A DNA stretch of 64,000 bases, from contig NC_087245.1 of NCBI RefSeq assembly GCF_037042905.1, forward strand, positions 30,134,001 to 30,198,000, given 5' to 3'. Shown here piece after piece: positions 51,281-64,000 of the stretch. The stretch comes from Lytechinus pictus. Taxonomy: Eukaryota. Both the position numbers and the translations under genes were made by a program. Position 1 is the stretch's first letter. Each line of letters opens with the position of its first letter. The notes under the pieces are model-generated. The model was given only the letters and a program-made list of their open reading frames with translations. It searched no databases and was not told the DNA's origin.

Positions 51281-52854
51281 TGTATCGCATTGGCTTGATG
51301 GCATCACCTGTGGGGTTTTCCACCGGTCATATTTCAAGTGACATGATTTTCGGGTACCCGGGTACCTGCCCGAAAATTAACACGGGTACCCACAGAGAAA
51401 AAAACCCCGAAAGTCCCAGGCCTACTCAAAATACTACCCCTGTTCCCTTCTGCGAGTTTTTCTTTTAATTGAATATTGATTCAAATTGCGTTTATTTCAC
51501 TCTTTTGCTCCTGTTTTTTAGTGAAATATCTCTTCTGCAGTGTCCCCCTTTTCACCCCTTTTTTCTATTTTTCCTATTTCTAAATTTTTAGTCTGGTATA
51601 AAAACAAAGGTGAGTGCAATTAGCACCCTTTCATTTTTTTTGCAGGGGCAGGGGCACCACCCTGTTACCTAATCTACAATATTACAGAATATAAAAGTTT
51701 CAGCTGAGCGATTGGAGCCAAATAAACTGAATAAGCAATTCCTCCCCCACCTGATGTTGATATTGATATCAATGGATATTGATATCGATAGTGATGATGT
51801 ATTATATCACTGACTATTGGCAATATGCGATAACGAGAATTGATAATTGAAACCATTTAGTTTTGAATGCAGATTAAATAGTTTGGCTATGTTTATAAGT
51901 TTCTCAATCCCCCCCTTTAATTTTTACAGGTGCCGCAAGATAGAGTACTTCCTTGATGGGGTCAGAGATGGATGATCAATCGAACAAACAATATGGATTC
52001 TAGCAACCCTGCAGGTATCCTTCATAGGCCAATGAGAGTGCATAAGACTTGCACATATTATGTCGTATAAACGGTATCTCTTAAAGTGCTATCCCCAATA
52101 TATAACATTAGACCAATTACTCTGCCAAATTACAATGGATAACGATAGCTATTTTGATCAAAGAAAAGGTCGACTCCACCAAAAAGGTAATTTGAATACA
52201 TATATTAAAATAGAGAAAAACCAAACAAGCACTGATAATTTCATCAAAATCTGACTAAGATTTGGTTATGAAATTTAGAGTTTAAAAAAACATTAGTATT
52301 AAATGCAAAACGCAGGTCAAATGAGAGTCAAAGATGTTACACACTCACTATATCTTTTGTATTTTATCATATGAAACATAGAATAGATCCATTATCTTTG
52401 GCAGAGAGTAATAGGTCTAATTTTATACTTTGGGGGATAATACTTGAAGAGATGCTTAACATAGGAATAAATAATAATGTAATACATTACATTTTTCAGG
52501 AGCAACTTGGTCTGCTCATCATTACAGTGCAGTGGGCTGTTTCATTAAGCTGTTCATAAGTTAAGATTGACTTTAAGAAGGACTAGTGAATCTTTCCTTT
52601 GCGCTAAATGAATTTTGAGTCGCTCTTAACTTACGAACAGCTTAATGAAACGTCCCCCAGGTCTTCCGGCAATTCAATTGGCAAAATTTGATTCCCGTCA
52701 AAGTTGTCCAAGCAGGGGCCGCAGAACGGTTTTCAAAGGGGGGGGGGGCTGACCATGCAAATAAACACAATCATAGTAATTTTTACTTTTTTTGTACACG
52801 GTTTTAGAAAAAAAGTGGGAGATGCCCCCCCGGCCTCCGCGGCCCCTGCCTAAT

Positions 52855-53312
52855 CGCATACATTCGTAATTCCGAAGCTTCATTATTTCGAAGGTTCAGA
52901 TATTCCGAAGGTTTGATATAATGAAGGTTCGTATTTCCGAAGGTTCATGATTCCGAAGGATCGTTAATCCGGAAATGAAATGAGGTTCGTAATTCCGAAG
53001 GTTCGTTAGTCCGAATACTAAATGATTAACGAACCTTATTGTGTTTTAGGACAAACGAACCTTCGGAACAACGAACCTTATTTCGTTTTCGGATTAACGA
53101 ACCTTCGGAACAACGAACCTTATTTCGTTTTCGGATTAACGAACCTTCGGAACATCGAACCTTATTTCGTTTTCGGATTATCGAACTTTCGGAATAACGA
53201 ACATTCGGAATAACGCCACAAATGTTCGGATTAACGAACCCTTTTACGTTTTCGGATTAACGAACATCGAGGTATAGGCAATTTGCGTGTTTCGGAATTA
53301 CGAAGTGTAACC
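52855..53312. repeat. TTCGGATTAACGAACC minisatellite-bearing element
   Basis: Tandem units arranged as an internal inversion. Second copy at ~59678-60091. Confidence 0.8.
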
Positions 53313-54930
53313 GTAAGTGACAATCACAAACCATTTTTAGTAAAAATGAATACATGTTGCTTTCATCCATATAAATGTGAGTTTCCGTAAATCCAGTATC
53401 ACTGCAAATCTGGTATTATTCTCACAGACAGTATATTGTTCAGAGTAAGCCATTTCTTTTCTAAAGTAAGGTACTTGGGAGCCATATTTCTTGGAAATCA
53501 GTATTGTATTTACGATAGTATCTCAGACTCTACATGGGTTTACACTATCATTTGGTTTACCATCAGTTCGTCCACGCACCATTTTTTTCTGAATAACCAA
53601 TTGGTTTAATTGCCATTTAGTCCATATACCATTTGGTCTAATTGGACTAAGTGTAATAGTGTTTATTGGACAAAATGAATGAAAGGAAAATTGGTATTAA
53701 ACTGGTTATGAGATGAAATGGTCATAGACGAGCTGGTTATTAGAAGATTATTGGACCAAATGGTTGTTAGATGTTTCGTTGATGGACCGATTGGCATTGG
53801 ACTAAATGAAGGTAGGCCATGATAACAGTGGACGAGTTGGCAATAGATGAATAGGCAATTTATCCAAATTGTATCTCTGTATTTGTTAACAGACATTGTA
53901 ACTAGTTTCATAGTCCTTTGACCGGGCACGGAATAGGGGGAGGGGGATGCCAATTCTGAAAGCCAAATGACCTTTTTTATCTTGTCAAAATTTTGGGAAA
54001 GCAATCTGCACCCTGTAAAAGTAAAATTCAACTTGTTGTATGTATGTTGTATTTACAAGAAAACACCACACACTGTTGTTAAAGAAAAAAAGTTTTGTCA
54101 TCGAAATGTGAGTTTTGTTATGCAATTTCTTGCATTTATTAATAAAATATTTGTAACTGAGTTCATAATTGAAATGTGTATTTGATTTGTCGTTGTGTGT
54201 GAGGGTGTGTCCACGTCATAATAAGTCAAAATTACGTCATTAAGACATTGAAGTCGACTATTAAAGACGTTATAATCATGTCCAGATGATGTCTAATACT
54301 GGTCGTAAATATGTTATAAAGATGTCGTAGTCGACTATTAACAACGCCATAATCACGTCAATATACGACGTCAATCTGACGTCTAATACTGGTCATGAAT
54401 ACGTTATAAAGATGTCATAAAGACGTCTTAGTCGACTATTAACGACGTCATATTCACGTCAATATACGACGTCAATCTGACGTCTAATATTGGTCATAAA
54501 TACGTTATAAAGATGCCATAAAGACGTCGTAGTCGACTATTAACGACGTCATAATCACGTCAATATACGACGTCAATCTGACGTCTAATACTGGTCATAA
54601 ATACGTTATAAAGATGTCATAAAGACGTCATAAGTGACCGTTAATGACGTCATAATCACGTCATTCTGACGTCTAAAACTGGTCAGGAATATGGCGTAAA
54701 TACGTCATAAAGACGTCGTATTCGACTTTTTAAGACGTCATAATCACGTCATTTTACGACGTCAATATGATGACGTACGTCGGTGCAAATACTCGACTTT
54801 AAGACGTCTTTTTACGACGTCAATCTGACGTGATAGTCGTCGTAAAATGACGTCAAAATGACGTCTTTTTACCCAGTTTTTGCTATCAGGGTACTTGTTC
54901 GAAATACGTAGTTATTCGAAATACGTAGTT

Positions 54931-57900
54931 AGATAGATAGATAGATAACTGGTTTGTTGATAAAAAACATCATTGCGACAAAGTCGAATTGCGATTAGTT
55001 TACAAAGGTACAGAGGCATTACATAATCATAATATTACAAAAAAATAAATTGAAATATCAGTTAAGAAAAATATATCACATAATCATATATTCGTAATTT
55101 GATAAGAAGGTAATACATATTAAACATAATTTAGAAGTATAATACGAGATAAGTTTGAAAACAAATATATGAATTCAGAAAAGGATAATAAAGAATATGC
55201 ACGTAGATGGAGGAGAAAAGTAGGTGAAGAAGGAAAGGAGGGGAGAAGACACTGAATTTAAGGAGGGGAGAAATAAGAGAAAAGGTGAAAGGGAAAAGGC
55301 ATACAAAAGAAAAAGGAAGGATGGAAGATGAATCACACAGACTGAAATATTGATAATTTAATTGTGACAATGATACTCTTATGTGATGAAATTATATTTG
55401 GTTACAGATTGTGAACTATATTGGAAGATAACACCCCCCCCCTCTTCCTGATCTGAACAACGTACATATAGCATTATTCCCGCCCTAAAGAAACAAATAT
55501 ACATCTCTCTCTCGCTCTCTCTCTCTCTCACACACACAACACACACATTCACCCTCACACACACCATTATTAGCATATTCCTACATCCTCAGGAGGAGAG
55601 CGTTCCAACGACAATGCTGTAACCATGGTAATTAACAGATCATCGAACATTTCCTCGCCCCAAAAAAATAAGACAAAAGAATTGGCTGAATTTTGAAATA
55701 TATTAAAAATAATTTTCCTAAATGTACTGGAATTTACATATCAAACTGTCTTGTAGACGATGTAAAAAAAAAAAAGTAAGAATATTGGGTTCAATTACTT
55801 AGTTTATTCGGGGACTTGATGTTTTATGTTCGTTTCAGAGTTCGTTCAGCAATTTCACCGAGTATGGGATAGTGCCATCCCTGAGTCTGTTTCTTCTGAA
55901 TTTTATTTGCGGAACTTGGGGTATCTTTCTAAGCCTCATAGAGAGGGCAGTTTCCGGCGTCACTGGCATCAAATTGTGACATGGTCCTGTCAGCTTGTTC
56001 AGTTCCTTAGCAAATTGGAGACAAATCATTTGCCGTCGTTCAAAAAGGGTACTCAAGTTCAACAAAACGAGAGCATCATCATAGTGTGCGAATTCACGTC
56101 CAAGGATGATTTTCATTGCCCTTTTTTGGATGTTTTCAAGTTTTCGGACATGATCTTATCATTCCAACCATTCTAACTCATTGCATTAGAACCATGTAAA
56201 TGTTCTGGTTAAATATTTAAAAATAACTTCATAAGAATTAATACACTACCAAAATATAAGTTATTAATTATTGTATATGTGCAGGAATAACTTGGAAGGA
56301 TGAGAGAGAGAGAGAGAGAGGGGGGGGGGTGTAAAGTCAAAACGTCAAAAGGGGTTCCATGCTGTCGAAGAATCCGGGATTGAATGTAGGAAAGCAGCTG
56401 AAGAAAACATGGTGAAGACTGCTTAAATTCGTTCCCTATCCGAGATTGAATGTAAGAAAGCAGCTGAAGAAAACATGGTGAAGGCTGCTTAAATTCGTTC
56501 CCTATCCGGGATTGAATGTAAGAAAGCAGCTATGAAGTCATCTCAGATGGACAGGGGTTTGGTAGACGGTGCCCAGTGTTCGCTGGTATGGAGTACAGAG
56601 TACGCGATTCACGATGGCAAGTACAGAGTACTGAGAGTACCGGTGCATGATGACAAGTACAGAGTACCGAGAGTACGCGATGCACGATGACGAGTACAGA
56701 GTACCGAGAGTACGCGATGCACGAAGACAAGTACAGAGTACCGAGAGTACGCGATGCACGATGACAAGTACAGAGTACCGAGAGTACGCGATGCACGATG
56801 ACAAGCACAGAGTACGGTAGGCGTTTCGGCTAGTGAAGACCGGCAAGCGAGATGAGTGTGATGCAACTGAACTTGATTCATCCATCATGACGTTCCTTAT
56901 TCAGGATTGTCAATTGTTCTGCTGGATTGGTGACAATCCTTATTCAGGATATTTTAGACTTCCTTTCTGCCGACTGCTGTAAGTGTTGGCGACGTTCCTT
57001 ATTCAGGATTGTCACTTGTCGAACCTCTCATTTCTGCTGCCGTCAATCTAACTTACTGAGTTCGAGCTGTCCTCGACCTCTCGGTACTTCGCCAACCAAT
57101 TTCGTCGAAGGGGGGGGGGGGGATTCATATTCTTCCCCATTCTTCCATGCACAATACAATAAAATCTAGGCCTACATCCACATTCTCATTTCAATCAACT
57201 TCTCTGACTTGAAACAGTCTACAACATTTTTATAGACACATCATAAAATAACATCTGAATATTTACAAGATATAAAAGACTTAGATTAGGCAACGACGTG
57301 CTAACAGTTACAAAACAAAGACTACATAACTACAAAACATGACTGGAACGGCGTATTCGACTGTTGGTCTGATGTAACAGTTGTAGACTGTGACGAGATC
57401 ACGAATGGGGACCTTGTGGTGATTAAGCAGACGAAGCATATACATTTTTGCATATGCTTTCCTCAACATTTCGGTGACTTGTTTGTCCCACTTAAGATTT
57501 TGCTTAATGAATACACCAAGGAGTTTCGCACATTGCTGACTTGCTATTTCTCTACCTCCTAGGACAACAGTTGTAGGAAGAGGGGCATTCCTCATGAAGA
57601 ACACATCCATACATATGCATTTCTGATGATTTAGTCTCATCTGGTTACGTTGAGCCCAATCTCTCAAAGATGATACAGCTTCCTGGATATTGGAATTATC
57701 AAGTTGGCTGCGACACTCCAGGAGAGTGAGGTCATCAACGTATTTGTACCTTCGAATAGGGTCGACAATGTCTAAGGAAGCATCATTGATAATGGCCAAA
57801 AACACCATGGGGCCAAGTTTTGTGCCTTGGGGGACACCAGCAGAGACTGCGGACTGCGGGATGGGTCCACACCGAGAGACAGAAGCTTTCTGACGGCTAC

Positions 57901-58825
57901 GTTCTGATCGATGCGGTCAAATGCTTTGCTAAAGTCAGTTAGTATCAATGTAGATACCGGTTTTGGTTTATCCGAGTTCAGGCACAGATGGTGAAGGAGG
58001 TCAACAATACAATGGACCGTAGATAGACCTTTCCTGTTTCCAAATTGTTGAGAGTCAAGATACGGATTCATATCCTGCATTGTCCATTTAGCAATGAAGC
58101 TCTCTGCTACCTTGGCGAATTGATCCGTCAGGGAGATTGGTCGGATCACTTCAAGTGTAGCAGGGGTTGACTTCGGAACTGGCACGACAGTAGCTCGCTT
58201 CCACTGCCAAGGGACGCAGCTGCTTATATATTTTGAGTTAAGAATCTTCGTCAACGGCACACACAATTCTAGAGCAAACTCTTGTATCAGGCGTCCAGAT
58301 ATTCCATCTGGGCCACAAGCTTTAGAAGGGTTAACAGCTTTGAGTTCTCTGAAAACTTCCCATGGCTCTAGCAACGGGCATGGACGTGCAGGTAAGTATG
58401 AAGGTAACTTGGTTCTGTCTAAAGGGAGGATGTCGCTGGCAACACCAATGAAGTATTCGTTAATTCTATTCGCGATGGCAACGTGATCATCATTGTCCAT
58501 ATCTGGTATGTTGATCCTGATGCCTTGTTGTTTACCAGTCGTCATATTGCGTATCATATTGAGTAATATAAACGTTTGGCATCTTTTATCTCCCGTTTTA
58601 TCTTGTTGCTCCAGAGAGTATCATTTCCATCACTGAATGCCACTTTACGTATCATCGCTTTGATTTCCGGATTCATCCACGGTTTGTCGGCTATATGACA
58701 CTTGACAGAACGAACAGGAAAATATGTGTCAATTGCAGTATTAAGCGTAGTGTAAAAAATGTTACACTGCTCACTGGTGTCATCTGATTGATTCAGTTCG
58801 GTCCAGTCGTGTTCACCCAACCATC
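54931..58825 (-). mobile_element. 5'-truncated, decayed CR1/L2-type LINE (RT) with an internal insertion
   Basis: ORF fragments 58554-58820, 57772-58557, 57308-57808 and 55835-56116 with KACGPDGI, RPISLT, QQFG, DFSKAFD, GVPQGTKLGP and YVDD. (ATCT)n tail near 54931-54947. Probable TSD TACTTGTTCGAAATACGTAGTTA. Confidence 0.9.
56375..56815 (+). repeat. 66-bp and 37-bp tandem repeats within the sequence interrupting the LINE
   Basis: About 2.4 copies of a 66-bp unit (56375-56530) and about 6 copies of GTACAGAGTACCGAGAGTACGCGATGCACGATGACAA. Confidence 0.85.
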
Positions 58826-59677
58826 TACTTGTTCGAAATACGTAGTTACTTACTCGAAATACGTAGTTACTTGAAATACGTAGTTACTTACTCGAAATAC
58901 ATAGTTACTTATTCGAAATACGTAGTTATTTATTCAAAATACGTAGTTACTTATTCGAAATACGTAGTTACTTATTCAAAAATACGTAGTTACTCATTCG
59001 AAATATGTAGTTACTTATTCGAAATATGTAGTTACTTATTCGAAATATGTAGTTACTTATTCGAAATACGTAGTTGCTTATTCGAAAAACATAGTTACTT
59101 ATTCAAATACGTATTTACTTATTCGAAATACATAGTTACTTTTTTGAAATACGTAGCTACTTATTCGAAAAACGTAGTTCCTTGACTAACTGACTAACTG
59201 TCGGTTAACACAAAGCTGTTCCAACTGTACCTTGTCCTTGCTGGGTATTTTTAATTTTGTCGATAAAATATCAAATTGAATTATCGTAAATTGTCATTTT
59301 TGGGAAATGTGAACATGAGCCCTCCTTATCGACATTGATAAGAATGTACTGATTTAAAGTCTTAATTTCTAAACTTTTCAAGCTCGCGCGCTTCGCGCTC
59401 GATTCATAGAGATCCAAATCCTCTCCATAATTATCCTTCACTTTGGACAGTGCTTCAAAAGCTAATTACTTTCAGGTCAGTAGGCCTACATGTATAACGG
59501 TATTAACAATTTCAGCTCGTGCTTCGCTCTCGCATATGAAATCCACAGCTTGTTCAATTACATTAGGAATCTGAGTTTGTTTCGGGTTTTTTTAACACAA
59601 GGAGAATGTTAAGTTTACAAGTAAAGGTTTTCACATCGAACGTCTAGATCTGAACTGACATTTAATTAGTATGTCCG

Positions 59678-60091
59678 GGTTCGCATACAATCGTAATTCC
59701 GAAGCTTCGTTATTCCGAAAACGAAAAGAGGTTCGTAATTCCGAAGGTTCGTTAGTCCGAAAACTAAATGATTAACAAACCTTATTTTGTTTTCGGACTA
59801 ACGAACCTTCGGAACAACGAACCATATTTCGCTTTCGGATTAACGAACCTTCGGAACAACGAACCTTATTTGGTTTTCAGATTAACGAACCTTCGGAACA
59901 TCGAATCTTATTTCGTTTTCGGATTATCGAACCTTTGGAATAACGCCATAAATGTTCGGATTAACGAAACCTTTTACGTTTTCGGATTAACGAACATCGA
60001 GGTATAGGCAATTTACGTGTTTCGGAATTTCGAACCTTCGGAATAAAGAACCTTTGGAATCACGAACCTTCGGAATTGCGAAGTGTAACCT
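59678..60091. repeat. Second copy of the TTCGGATTAACGAACC element
   Basis: High similarity to 52855-53312. Ends GGTTCGCA...GTGTAACC. Confidence 0.8.
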
Positions 60092-60924
60092 CCAGGTTAA
60101 GGGTCTAAATCTAAAAAAAATCATCTCGTGCTTGGTGCTTGCATCATATATTCAGGGGCGGATCCAGCCTTCGACAATAGGAGGGGGGCTGAGTTTTGTT
60201 TCACCCATATTTTCCCTGATCGGACGCTCGAAGATGATTTTTGTTTGTTTCTTTGTAGGGGTAGTCCTAATATTCACTTCTTAGCTTTATTCTAAGAAAT
60301 CAACATAAATACAGTATATAATATCATAATCCTTATTTATATAATGCGAAGCGTGAGCAAAATATTTTGGAAATCTTATGTATTTTTTCCTAAAAATTTG
60401 AACATTTTGGGCAATGTTTGTTATCCTGAAAAAGATGTGTATGGATAATGCAACTAAATAATTACTACGAACGCGAAACGCAAGTAGAAATGAACAGATG
60501 GAAAGGGTACTTGTTAAAGACTGCATACAGTTAGCCTAATAACGTTTCATATTTTAAACAAGTGGAACGCCTCTGGCAGTCTCGCCTGCACTACGCAATT
60601 CGATATAGCAGCAGTGCTGAATTTGAAAACAGCTATTAATAAATTTTAGCGGTGTTTAATCGCTCAAATGATTTACAGTCGCAATTTGCACATTTTGTCG
60701 CGCGGTAGTTGCGCGGAGCGGCAGTTCTTATTGCGGCTGTACTTGCGGTTACCTAGATCAAACGAAACCGCTCACATAGCTGCCGCGAGTAGGATTAGCG
60801 GCGCTCCATATAAAGCGGCCGCCTGTTTGTACTGCCGCGATGTTTACAAAACAGAATTCCTCGGGAAGTTACCGCGCATCAGAGGCGTGGGAAAGAAGCC
60901 TTTACTTGCATTCAGCATGAGTTA

Positions 60925-62681
60925 AGCTGTGGTCACATCCCGTCGTACTTGCACATGCGCGCAGTCTACGTGCGAAAACGTGGGCAAAAATCGGGAAATT
61001 CGTACGTCACGCACGTGGTGAGTACCGACTCGGTACGAATTTGGCAGTGCGCAGACACGACGCAGAACTTTTAGTGCAGGAGGAACTTTCGCTTCGTGCA
61101 GGCTACGTTCGAGCTACGGATTTGCCCTACGTGCGCGCACGCACGCCCTCGGTACTGCCAAAGTACGCACAACGCACCGAGTCCGTGAGACTTTTTAGAT
61201 ATTCGCCGCGGCCACTTCCTGTACCGAAGGTGCACTTAGCAAGTGCGCGTTGCCGCACGGATAATTGCGTGACCCGTGCTTACTCGGCACTTTCCCAATG
61301 TAATTATTCAAATGAATGTGAAGAACTCACATGCACGTGCGGAGTAAGCATGTGATCAGCACTTACAACGCACGTTGTGCTCAAATATAAACAAGAAAAC
61401 ACAAAGTAATATTCTATTACCATGTTCCACATAATGACCTTATTCTTATTTATTCACACACTATATAATACATGAATTTCATGAACTATGTCTAAAGTTT
61501 ATTATCATGAGTGCTTGAAGAGGTTGTGTGTAAAAAAATGAAATCGAATCGTGTATCATGAGTTCAAACAAAGCCAGTGGGAAACTGTATTAGTCCGCCA
61601 AATAAAACAAAAAAAAGAATAAAAAAAAATGATTTTTCATATATTTCTATGAAATGAAATAATGCTTATTACGAGTTCCTGCGTTCACACAACGAGATCC
61701 TGCCATTGATACACAGTCAATATCATACTGACTATGTATATCAATGGTGTAGATACTTTCAATGTTTCAGGAGTCGCTGCGCCTTGGAACCTGGCCTGAA
61801 ACTCGCCATCACTCTTCGCTTTTTGGCAACGGGAAGCAAGTCCCTTGCGTATGACTTCCGGGTGGCACACAATATGTGTAATCACACGTAAAGACAATTC
61901 CTTCTTTTTTCTAAAAGGAAAGGCAATCCCCCTCCCCATAATGGAGAATATAAGTTTTAATTGGCATTATAATTGGAGTTAGTTTTGCCCAAACCTTTCT
62001 AATAGTACATGGACCTTTTCTATTCAAGAAGGATTGCTTCAAAACTGTCAATATTCTTTATTACAAAATTAAGGAGTTAGAAGTATCGAATGAAATAATT
62101 GTTTATAACACGTCAAGTAATATTTGCCGTCCAAGTTATCGATGTTTATAAAGGTGCCACGTCTTGCTCATGCCCTGCCACTTGAAGCTGCTCTGCCAGT
62201 ATCAAAAGTATTTGGAGTCTCTGTGGTAGAAGAGGCGGCATTTTGAAGGACGTCAGAAGATCAATCTCTTTAAATATACCCCACCACATAGGGGGGGGGG
62301 GGGGGGCTTACGTTCATCGCAAGTGCATGCAGTTGCAACCTGCGCGTAAGAAAGGACGGCGTACGTGAGCAGCACGTGTAAGTACGGCCTCCATTCCAAA
62401 ATGTGTCGAACGCACGGAGATCGTACGTTGTAAGCAGGTACAACTCACTCCACACGTGCGCGACGTACATTGCACGCAATCGCTCACTGCAAGGCGTGAC
62501 ACGCGGGCAGCGCACGCACTACGTACTTACACCTTGCGTAGTCGTACGAGTGACGTGCGTCGACGCACTTGCTCCCTGCGTTCGCCACTTTTCCCTACGT
62601 TTTCAGAAAAACGCAGCGACCGTAGCCTCCCCCAAACAACGTACGGCCAAAAAAACCGTACGGCGGCTTGTGACCAGGGCT
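60925..62681 (+). mobile_element. Deleted PIF/Harbinger transposon with transposase remnant
   Basis: TTA|AGCTGTGGTCACA ... TGTGACCAGGGCT|TTA. Remnant ALEPGLKLAITLRFLATG.KSLAYDFRVAHN at ~61780-61875 is typical of Harbinger transposases. Confidence 0.85.
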
Positions 62682-64000
62682 TTACTGAGGGAATATAATC
62701 ATTTTGAGTTGTGGTTTCGTTGAGAACACTTGTTATGTGTGAATCATCACAAATTTAATTCCCTCCTCCTCCCCTCTTAGACCACCTGTCATACGTTATC
62801 ATAATTAAATTACATAATCACGGGTCCGGTAGTGAATTGGCGGAAAATTGATATTGTCTTTAGATTTATTTATAGTCTTAAGGGCGCTACAGTACGCCCT
62901 CAAATTGAGTACCCATGGAGAACATTCAATTAAGCTATCATGCCTGTGCAATTTGCTGGTGCCTCAGACTGTGTTGGTATTGTTTAGTTGTCGAAGCTTT
63001 GCTTGGCAGTAAGGGGATTTTCTCCTCCTTCGACCATGGAGGTTTTCACCCTTACCTGAGGTTCGCAGCACTTTGCACTCGAGCAGGTGGTGCATTTATA
63101 TTACCCCTGCCCGGTCATTGCTAGAATGATTTCAGCAGTTGGTTTATGAGTTAGGATGTTGGTATGTCTGTTCTATCCGAACATACATTGCACATCTTTT
63201 GTGCGGTAAATTGTACAATTTTTGAGCCCCTGTGCCTATCTTACGTAACTTTGGCCGGCTTCACCATACCTTAGCAGGAAGGTGTATTGTTTTCAATTAT
63301 CTGAGATCGGATGTATTGGCCATTGCGTCTTAATTATGCCCCATTTATTTCATGTTGTGCCCTTGTTTCCTCGTCCGTATAGTTTGACACCCTATCATGT
63401 GGAGAGGGATTTTGTTGGGGCAGTGTTTATTAATGTTGTGCCCTTTGAATGTTTCCTCGTCTGTAGAGGTGGGCACCCTATGCAGAGAGAGAATAATATT
63501 GTTTGCGTCATTATGCACCCCGGGTAGGGATATATATGTGCGGACGCGGGGCGGACGCCTTAGTAAATTGTGATTGAATTATCGGATAAAATATACCCGG
63601 GTCCTTCAAGTAGTTATGCTGAAGCCGTCCTCTTTAATTAAGTGGTATACCCATTTTATGAAGTTATAACATTGAACTTAGGATGGAGATCTACAGATTT
63701 AAGAATCGTAATATTATGTATTCAAATTATGTCAGTATAAATTCATCCCACAACATTCATGTTGTAATCGTCAAGATTATTAAGCCTATTCACATAATGT
63801 ATTATGTAATATGTATGAGATTAAAACCACAACCAATGGCACACCTTAGTTTCTTGTGCTTGTGTGAATTGTGAGTGTAAATAATCATTCACAAAAGAAT
63901 ACTATGTCCATTAAACCAAGATGACCTTTGACCATGATCATGTGACCTAAGACATATGCAAAACAATTATTAGTACTTGATTACCCTTACACTGTATGTC

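Larger units (their letters stand above)
42917..54891. mobile_element. ~12-kb non-autonomous DNA transposon (CMC/EnSpm-like) with nested elements
   Basis: TIR CCCTGATAGCA ... TGCTATCAGGG with TAC (or TA) duplicated. GACGTC-rich subterminal tandem arrays at ~42935-43500 and ~54210-54870. No transposase ORF seen. Confidence 0.7.

Noticed and set aside
56590..56815. 37-bp repeats as a CRISPR array (likewise the 21-bp repeats at 58826-59180)
   Set aside because: Head-to-tail units with no unique spacers, no cas genes and a eukaryotic context.
62900..63500. Possible Penelope/GIY-YIG or LINE remnant
   Set aside because: Only vague similarity with many stops, so it cannot be supported without a search.

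Overview
AT-rich, repeat-saturated animal genomic DNA. The repeat families and gene type suggest a marine invertebrate such as a sea urchin, which is inference. The window is mostly the introns of one minus-strand host gene that the ORF track only partly captures. Five phase-1/phase-1 exons (42113-41898, 35518-35408, 34502-34131, 8752-8645, 479-165) splice in frame to give 374 codons of an extracellular protein with alternating divergent CUB-like and EGF modules; the gene continues beyond both edges. The introns hold deeply nested transposons, many delimited by visible TIRs and target-site duplications (TSDs). These include an AcademX-like relic, a MULE-like foldback (9-bp TSD), an IS3EU-like foldback (6-bp TSD), a 12-kb CCC...GGG element, Harbinger, Kolobok-like and Tc1 MITEs, a tRNA-SINE and a decayed CR1/L2-type LINE. 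There is also a ~13.8-kb LTR-like element with non-TG/CA termini and an intact 649-aa ORF with a degenerate protease, into which a Helentron-type (HINE) element is inserted. No prokaryotic systems, CRISPR arrays, rRNAs or intact tRNAs were seen. Family assignments come from motif recognition, not database searches.
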